The notes below the pieces were generated by a model that was not told the DNA's origin, did no database searches, and saw only the letters and a list, made by a program, of their open reading frames with translations. From Octopus vulgaris (lineage: Eukaryota): a DNA stretch of 64,000 bases. Where the stretch lies: assembly GCA_951406725.2 (NCBI GenBank), contig OX597830.1, positions 63,674,001 to 63,738,000 of the forward strand. Reading direction: 5' to 3'. The translations under genes were made by a program, and so were the position numbers. Below, piece after piece: positions 55,166 through 64,000 of this stretch (position 1 is its first letter; each line of letters begins with the position of its first letter).

Positions 55166-55370
55166 TAACGGGAAAGTTTACGAAATTAAACAAAAGACGA
55201 AGGAAGGTGGAGTACAAACAAACAAATGTATTAGTATAGCGCTCAGGAATAGAAATAGAAAAAAGTCTTTTACATTTCGAGCCTACGCTCTTCGACAGAA
55301 AGATACACAGAAAAAAACAAGGAGAGAAAAAAAATGCGTGTAGGAGCTAACGATCTATCATGGCGAGCGT
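55166..55370 (-). mobile_element. PLE-terminus-like repeat (gaagagcgtaggctcgaaa family)
   Basis: Reverse complement of 42921-43128. Confidence 0.65.
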
Positions 55371-55457
55371 TTCAAAATAGAGAAATAAAGCCCCACCCAA
55401 ATTTGCGATATCACACTGGCTGATGCATACACATGCACAAATATCCATGCGCACACG

Positions 55458-55522
<65 letters not shown>

Positions 55523-55669
55523 ACACACACACGCCCACACCATAATTGAAATGATAATAAAACTGATATATCTGTTAACCATAAATGGAGACACTTGAAA
55601 AGCATTAGGACACTAAATCATACGTACACACATACTTGCATACCTACAAGCATACATACAGGCACATTC

Positions 55670-56124
55670 AGATAAACATACATACATACATATATACATA
55701 CATACATACATACATACATACATAATGCATACATAAACACATACATACATACATACATACATACATACATACATGCATACATACACACATACATACATAT
55801 GTACATACATACATACGTACGTACATACATGCATACATTCATACATACATACATGCATACATACATACATACATACATACATTCATACATACATACATAC
55901 ATACATGCATACATACATACATACATACATGCATACATGGATACATACATACATACATACATGGATACATACATACATACATAGATACATACATACATAC
56001 ATACATACATGCATACATACATACATGCATACATACATACATACATACATACATACATACATACATACATACATACATACATACATACACATATGTACAT
56101 ACATATGTACATACATACATACAT
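55670..56124. repeat. (TACA)n array
   Basis: Directly visible. Confidence 0.95.
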
Positions 56125-56771
56125 AATGGTTGCGTCCAGTGAAATTCTCTGCGTGTAATAACAACATAAACTGTTTTTGCTTTTAAATCTTGGTTTCCTT
56201 TTTTTTTATATATATTTTGTTCTGATTTTGATTTTATATTTTTATTATCCTTTATGATACTTTGTAAAGCTTCCCCAATACGATATCATTGTGCAAAGAA
56301 ATAAAAAGAGGAAGGAGTAGGCGAAGATAGACAGACAGAATGAGAAAGAGAGAGAGAGAGTAAGAGAGAGATACAGACAAACAGATAGACAGACAGACAG
56401 ATAGACGGACAAAACAGAGATATAGGCAGAGAAAGAGATAAAGGGAGCAGTAGGAGGAGGTTGATGATAAAGGAGGAAGAGGTTAATGTTTGATGATTAG
56501 TTAAAATCATTATATTATCGCTACATTATTTCATTACCGGACAAATTATACGTCGGAACGCCCAAATCACGACTACAGATAAGCTTCCTTAAAAACTGCC
56601 ATTTTAATCTGCCCTTGCTGCCCCTTCTCTGTCTCAGCCTCTCTCTCTCTCTTTCTCTCTTTCCCTCTCTTCCTCTCTCTTTTATTGTAGTCGCCATATT
56701 AATATTTACGGCTTGCCTTCTCTTTGTCACCTTTCAAAGATAAGATGAAAACTATCTGGAGTATTATGTGT

Positions 56772-56873
<102 letters not shown>

Positions 56874-57027
56874 ACACACACACATACGCACACACACACG
56901 CATGCATATATAAATATATGTACATTTATATGTATATATGTGTGTGTGTTTAATATATACGTATGTACACACATGTGCCTATATAGATATATACATATAT
57001 CTAATTCATATTTGAATATATACATAT

Positions 57028-57095
<68 letters not shown>

Positions 57096-57153
57096 ATAAA
57101 GAATGAAAGCACTAGGCAGTGATACACACACACATGCACACATAAATATGCAT

Positions 57154-57198
<45 letters not shown>

Positions 57199-57529
57199 AA
57201 TATATATGAGTGTGTGTGTGTGTATTTGACTTTGAGGGTATGTATGTGTACGGATGTTGCACCAAACTACCCGAAGATTACGCGACATGGTCCGAGGTGT
57301 TTGTTTAACTGTGAATAATAAAATGATAGGCGAAAGTTGGTGGCCACAAGTACTGCGGAGGTGTGAGATTGATTTGCTGGTTACCATAGTAACTATCCAG
57401 CATTTTGGAATTGTATGTATGCACGCGCACACACGCGCGCGCACGCACATATATACATGTATGTATGTATGTATGTATGTATGTATGTATGTATGTATGT
57501 ATGTATGTATGTATGTATGTATGTATCAC

Positions 57530-57670
57530 GGGCATAGGTGCGTGGTTATGCAGATCATTTCGTAACCAAATGGCTTCGATTTCAGTTTTATCGCACGGTA
57601 TCTTGGGCAAATGTCTTCTACTGTAGTCCCAGGTTTACCAATGTCTTCTGAGTGAATTTGGTAGACGGCA
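57530..57670 (+). mobile_element. SINE family A, diverged head
   Basis: tcttgggcaaatgtcttctac..gagtgaatttggtagacgg. Confidence 0.65.
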
Positions 57671-57709
57671 GCCTTATGGGAGCCCGACATGCATATACAT
57701 ACATACACA

Positions 57710-57829
<120 letters not shown>

Positions 57830-57960
57830 CTTATAAAAATTTTGATTCAGATGGATTAGGTACTTAAGTTGAGGCACCAGAATTTAGTACGGTATTAGCC
57901 ATACAGTTTCAAAGTAAGGTGATTAAAATCAAAATAAGCAACAAGGATATCCACAGGTAA

Positions 57961-58052
57961 TGCAGTACGCTCGTTTCATGCGACTCCATTTAATTAAACA
58001 ATGCAATCATTTCATTACATCAATTTAAAATGTAGAGCAATCTTCAGCTGCA
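57961..58052 (-). ncRNA. Type I hammerhead ribozyme with extended helix II
   Basis: Minus strand: tgcag-CTGAAGA-ttgctc..(63 nt in total)..gagtcgcat-GAAA-cgagcg-TA-ctgca. Confidence 0.72.
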
Positions 58053-58161
58053 CAAAGACAAAATTTAATTAAATTAGGACACATTAGTATAATTTTACCT
58101 AAAATCTCCAAGAGGATAAAGAGATAGACAAAGAACACGTTTTACCAGCATGGTAAAATGA

Positions 58162-59112
58162 ATTTACCAGCATCATAAAACACAGCAAAGTGAAAATATT
58201 CGCTTATGATTCCAAGCTCCAGAAAATTATCAATTTAGAAGACCGAAATGGACTCCAGTCTGATCTATATGCTGACAAAAACAAAATACAGGTAAACGAG
58301 GGAAAATTCGAGCTGATGCATCTGGGAAGAAAGACTATGCTAAAACAGCCATACTCTCTTCCTTCAGGGAACCAGTCACAGCATCTAATAATATCAGAGA
58401 CCTAGGAGTAATTGTTGACAGCAATAAGGTCGATATAGTTCTAGGGATGAGCTTTTGGATCCTAAGAACCTTCTGGTCCAGAGAGCAAGGTGTCATCATT
58501 ACTCTTTTCTCCTCCTTTGTACAGCCACACCTCGAATACAGCAGCCCTCTGTTGTCTCCCCATACAAAAGAAATCAGTTTGAAAATTGAATCACCCCAGA
58601 GGACATTCACCGACAGAATTAAGGGCATGGCTGACCTCCATTTTTGGGACAGCCTTAAAACATTGAAACACTATTCTCTCTAGCGCCGCCGTAAGCGATA
58701 CATCATTTGTACGATATGGAGAATATACCATCAGCATTGCCCAAACGACCTCAACATTAGCTTCAAAATTCATTCAAGGCTAGGACCACGGGCCATACGT
58801 CCGCTACCCAATTCACGATCACAGCATATAAATACACTGTAACACAATTTTTTTTCCTCAATTTAACATTGTCTCGAAACAGATCAAAGAGGAAAAGGAT
58901 CCCAATACCTAAATCGGAATCTGGACAAATTTCTTCCAGGAATTGCAGATAAGCTACCAATACCTGATATAACCCGCTCAACAAGAACTCCCTACTCGAA
59001 TGGACCATGATATTACAAAACTTGACTTAAAAGGATTTAGCTAATCCTATCAGGTGGTGCTATTAAGTTAGACATAGCTTGGACCAATCTTAGGTCGAAG
59101 CAAATCTAAGTT
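58162..59112 (+). pseudogene. 5'-truncated CR1-group LINE (end of RT domain to 3' tail)
   Basis: KVKIFAYDSKL (decayed FADD), LQSDL, NEGKFELMHLG, LGVIVD, WILRTF, VQPHLEYSSPL, ESPQRTFT; frameshifts and stops. Confidence 0.85.
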
Positions 59113-59125
59113 ATATATATATATA

Positions 59126-59441
59126 TTTGACTGTGGTCATGCTGGAGTATCGCCTTGAGGAGTTTTAGTCAAACAAATCGACCCCAGGTTTTATTTTTTA
59201 AAGCCTGGTACTTATTCTATCGGTTTCTTTTGTGGAACCACTAAGTTGCATGGACGTAAACACACCAACACCGGTTGTCAATCACAGACAGAAAGACACA
59301 CGCACACTTAGATATATACATGCAGTTTCCGTGTACCACATTCATCCACAAGGTTTTCGTCGACCCGAAGCTATAGTTCCACGCAGTGGGTTTGAACCTA
59401 GAACAATATGGTTGGGAAGCAAGCTTCTTACCACACAGCCA

Positions 59442-59444
<3 letters not shown>
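59126..59444 (-). mobile_element. SINE family A, internally deleted
   Basis: Reverse complement of family A pieces. Confidence 0.78.
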
Positions 59445-59524
<80 letters not shown>

Positions 59525-59528
<4 letters not shown>

Positions 59529-59889
59529 AGAAATCACAAAAAGAAATAAGAGACGAAGACAGGTGGTGTAGACAACAAACAGATGTATTAGTATAATGCT
59601 CAGGAAGTGAAAAAGTCTTTAACGTTTCGAGCCCTACACTCTTCCACAGAAAGGAACACAGAAAAAAACAAGGAGATAAAATAGAGAAAAAAAATCGTCA
59701 TGATAGATCGCTAGCCACTACACGTTCTTTATTTGCTCTCTTTATTTTCTCTCCTTGTTTCTTTCTGTGGGAGAGCGTAGGCTCGAAACGTTAAAGACTT
59801 TTTCACTTCCCGAGCGTTAAACTAATACATCTGTTTGTTGTCTACGCCACCTGTCTTCGTCTGTTATTTCTTTTTTGTGAATTCTCCCC
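59525..59889. mobile_element. Head-to-head inverted pair of the gaagagcgtaggctcgaaacg family
   Basis: 59525-59690 (minus) and 59740-59889 (plus) are diverged reverse complements. Confidence 0.8.
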
Positions 59890-60390
59890 ATATATTACAC
59901 GCTCACATGTTCGCACCAGTTAATCATGTCTCCTCCCATTACCCAACGAACTTTTACACCTTCTACACTGGACTATTCTACCTGGATTCTCTATCAGGAC
60001 TTTCTACTCTCGTACACTTCAGCTGCACCTCTCCTGCCCATTGATTACACTGGACCCCTTTGTTGATTATATATATATATATATATATATAAATATATGA
60101 GGCCTTGAGATATATATATAAGTAACTCATTTTTAAGTGCATATTACCTCAATACATATGACTAATATAGGCACAATGAGATACCTTTATCTACAGGCTG
60201 AAACAGCTGTAAGATCCATTTTATATGTATTATTTTTATGGTATTATCTTACTTATTGATGTATATTGTTTTATTCTGTTTTATTCTGTTGGATTTGGAT
60301 GCTCCTATTTAAGTAGTTAATAAATAATATGAATTGGTAATATCTGTAAGTCGATGATTGAAAGGAATCTGTTCCTCCATTTTTCTTATT

Positions 60391-60448
<58 letters not shown>

Positions 60449-60464
60449 CATACGTACATACATA

Positions 60465-60500
<36 letters not shown>

Positions 60501-60509
60501 GGTACTCAA

Positions 60510-61000
60510 GGGGTGACTCCAGCTCCGCAGAGCATCCTTCCTATGGTTGAAATGCATTCGTCGTTCCTCCAGAGGGTGCCGTGTGTTGGCTACAGTAGCC
60601 ATCTCACGAGAATTTCCTAATGAAAGAATTTTCCTCCCCGGCAAATTGGCAGTGAAAACGGCTTTGTTATAAAGGTTCAAATGCATTCGACACATATCTG
60701 AATTCGTCTAAATATTTATTCAATTCACGGCACGGCTTTTACATTCCTACTACATATTTTTTTCTCGCTCAGCCACCATCGCTCGGAAACAGTTAGAGGT
60801 TAATAGGGATTTTTCATCTGGCATGAACTGTTATAAGATAACAGAGTCATCTTCAATATAAATGGCATGTGAGGAAGGTTTCTCCTAAAAGCCCAGCATG
60901 AGCAACAAACGCCAATAATGTTTCAGGAATTTATTACTGTCAGAATGTTATACTGTTAGACCAATATATGGTTAATCAAATTGCAGTGTACGTTCTGAAG
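60510..61000 (-). pseudogene. Decayed Pif1-like (Helitron) helicase remnant
   Basis: Fragments TLLAFV, TVHAR*KIPI, LDEF..AFE and GRKILSLGNSRE occur in the order of Pif1 motifs (T.HS.FKIP, DE, GGK..L.GDFRQ). Confidence 0.45.
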
Positions 61001-61258
61001 ATTTCTTGTAGAGATGGATGATCTTTGTGAAGATATCAATTACTTGCTGTCAAAGAAGTTCAGTAAATCCACCGTAGAAATGTAAATTTGGGACAATTTC
61101 TTAGCTCAATAAGTGATGAATATACCTTGTCTTTTCTTGAGAATCATGCTTTATCACAGCGGGTGAGTTTTATTAAGGTGAAAAGGAAAAAAATATCATG
61201 TAGGTATCTGAGTAGGCGGTTTTTAAAAAAGCAGTTTTTCCAGTAAGTTCGCCTTCAG

Positions 61259-61332
<74 letters not shown>

Positions 61333-61729
61333 ACAGACTTATCCAGATATGTATGGCAACAGAAAGATTGATGTGTTGATCATTTCAGTATCTTTTGGTC
61401 AATGCAACCTGCATAAATCAAGCAGACAATGGTAATTATGCATTGCATGGAAATGCCATTTATGAGGAATTCCAATTATGCATTGAAGAAAAATAAAAAA
61501 ATAAAGATAAAAACTATATTTAAAGTAAAAAACAGAAATAATGTCGAAATGCCACCACGGTAACAAATTGCACCTGGAAAATGGGAACACCGAAATAAAA
61601 TGACAGTGAACGAAAACAAATACTGACTCTTCAGCGGAAAAAAAACCTTAGATCAAAATTTACAACACACAGTTTCACAGCAGTGAGCATATTATTATTT
61701 ACAAAACTTATTTCGTTGTTATGCTAACC

Positions 61730-62019
61730 TAGGAATTATTCTGTGTAAGCCTAGTACTTATCGGTCTCTTTTGCCGAAACGCTAAGTTACGGGGACGTAA
61801 ACACACCAACATGGTGGGGACAAACGCGCACACACACACACACATATGCGACGGGCTTCTTTCATTTTCCATCTAACAAATCCACTCAGGAGGCTTTGGT
61901 CGGCCCGAGGATATAGTAGAAGGTAGAAGCCATTTGCCCAAGGTGCCACGCAATGGAACTGAACCCGGAACCATGTGGTTGGTAAGCAAGCTACTTACCA
62001 CACAGCCACTCCTACGCCT
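61730..62019 (-). mobile_element. SINE family A
   Basis: Head intact; tail truncated. Confidence 0.85.
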
Positions 62020-62125
62020 ATATATTATATATATATATATATTATAATTTTAAAAATACAGATGTTTATATATATATAAACATATTCATATCTATATAAA
62101 TATATATGTATTCATATATACTTAT

Positions 62126-62157
<32 letters not shown>

Positions 62158-62351
62158 TATGTGTGTATATATATATATATGTTTACACATATACATGTAT
62201 ATATATATATGTGTGTGTGTGTGTGTATGTGTGTGTGTGTGTATGTGTGTGTATGTGTTTTGTTATCTATCTTCCAATCTATCAATCTATTTAAGAATTC
62301 ATATACGTATATGTCTGTCTGTATGTTTACAAGTGTGTAAATGTATGTGTG

Positions 62352-62471
<120 letters not shown>

Positions 62472-62684
62472 ATTATTCGTATCTTTTTATCATTTTAAAC
62501 TAGCCATCCATAGATATTTGAATACATTTTTTCACGTCCCTTATTCCGTTAAATTATATTTCTAAATATTTATATCTCTCGTTTAATTTTGTTATTTCCT
62601 ATAAAAATTCTTTCATTCCATCTGAATGCTGCTACACTTTGTTTATAATCATTATTCATAACTTTCCTCCGTTTCCTTCTCCAC

Positions 62685-62754
<70 letters not shown>

Positions 62755-62815
62755 GCTGTTGTTGTTGTTGTTGTTGTTTTGTCGTTGTTCTTGTTGTTCT
62801 TGTTGTTATTATTAA

Positions 62816-63190
62816 GGCGTCGAGCCGGCCGAATCGTTAGCACGCCTGGCGAAATGCTTAGCGGTATTTCGTCTGCCGTTACGTTCTGTGTTCAAATTCC
62901 GCCGAGGTCGACTTTGCCTTTCATCCTTTCGAGGTCGATAAATTAAGTACCAGTTACGCACTGGGGTCGATGTAATCGGCTTAATCCGTGTGTCTGTTCT
63001 TGTTTGTCCCCTCTGTATTTAGCCCCTTGTGGGTAGTAAAGAAATAGGTATTTCGTCTGTCTTTACGTTCTGAGTTCAAATTCCGCCGAGGTCGACTTTA
63101 CCTTTCATCCTTTCAGGGTCGACAAATTAAGTACCAGTTGTGTACTAGGGTCGATCTTATCGACTGGACCCCTCCTCCAAAATTTCAGGA
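62816..63190 (+). mobile_element. SINE family C, tandem-duplicated body
   Basis: Head, full body, then a second body unit with a different tail. Confidence 0.88.
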
Positions 63191-63211
63191 TTATTATTAT
63201 CATTATTATTA

Positions 63212-63260
<49 letters not shown>

Positions 63261-63265
63261 GAAGC

Positions 63266-63652
63266 GTGGAGGCGCAATGGCCCAGTGGTTAGGGCAGCGG
63301 ACTCGCGGTCGTAGGATCGCGGTTTCGATTCCCAGACCGGGCGTTGTAAGTGTTTATTGAGCGAAAACACCTAAAGCTCCACGAGGCTCCGGCAGGGGAT
63401 GGTGGTGATCCCTGCTGTACTCTTTCACCACAACTTTCTCTCACTCTTACTTCCTGTTTCTGTTGTACCTGTATTTCAAAGGGCCGGCCTTGTCACTCTC
63501 TGTGTCACACTGAATATCCCCGAGAATTACGTTAAGGGTGCACGTGTCTGTGGAGTGCTCAGCCACTTACACGTTAATTTCACGAGCAGGCTGTTCCGTT
63601 GATCGGATTAACCGGAACCCTCGTCGTCGTAACCGACGGAGTGCTTCCATCC
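63266..63652 (+). mobile_element. SINE family B, full length
   Basis: 10-bp TSD attatgaagc at 63256-63265 and 63653-63662. Confidence 0.92.
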
Positions 63653-63801
63653 ATTATGAAGCACTTTCGCTGCACATCGTAGCGCTTTGTCTTGGTTACC
63701 TTCAGTCTTTTTTTTCTTTATTTTCCTTTATGCACAAACTATCCTTCGTGCTAAGCATGCTGTGTGTTTATTAGTGTTGCTTTATCTATGTCGTTTACAT
63801 A

Positions 63802-63967
63802 CAAGGTGTCCATAAATTACCTTTACAATTTTAAAAAAAGAAAGGAATTTAAGGATAACTCATCAAGTTGCATATTTGTTTGGCTGTGTTTTCCAATAAA
63901 CTCTATTCAGTTATAAATATTTTTTTCCTGAATTTTCACATTGTAAACGTAATTTATGGACAACTTC
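63802..63967. mobile_element. Tc1/mariner-type MITE
   Basis: TA TSD; TIRs caaggtgtccataaattacctttacaat / attgtaaacgtaatttatggacaacttc. Confidence 0.78.
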
Positions 63968-64000
63968 TATATCAGTTCTGAGGTTTGAGTTGAGGATATA

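Overview
AT-rich, extremely repeat-dense eukaryotic DNA. The SINE families and microsatellite load suggest a coleoid cephalopod, probably Octopus; this is inference from pattern recognition, not a database search. No host protein-coding gene can be called with confidence, so the window looks intergenic or intronic. Almost all ORFs in the supplied track are translations of microsatellites or SINEs. Recognisable content: four tRNA-headed SINE families (about 35 copies, several with exact TSDs), Penelope-like elements (PLEs) including a 251-codon uninterrupted RT-C-terminus/GIY-YIG fragment, remnants of R4/Dong, RTE, CR1-group and L1/Tx1 LINEs, mariner/Tc1 and hAT transposon derivatives, two non-autonomous Helitrons, and large simple-repeat arrays. 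The most striking unannotated signal is a set of about ten sequence-diverse type I minimal hammerhead-ribozyme motifs (intact or degenerate). They lie in short PLE-like termini embedded in (TA)n tracts, and several form long head-to-head palindromes carrying one ribozyme per strand.
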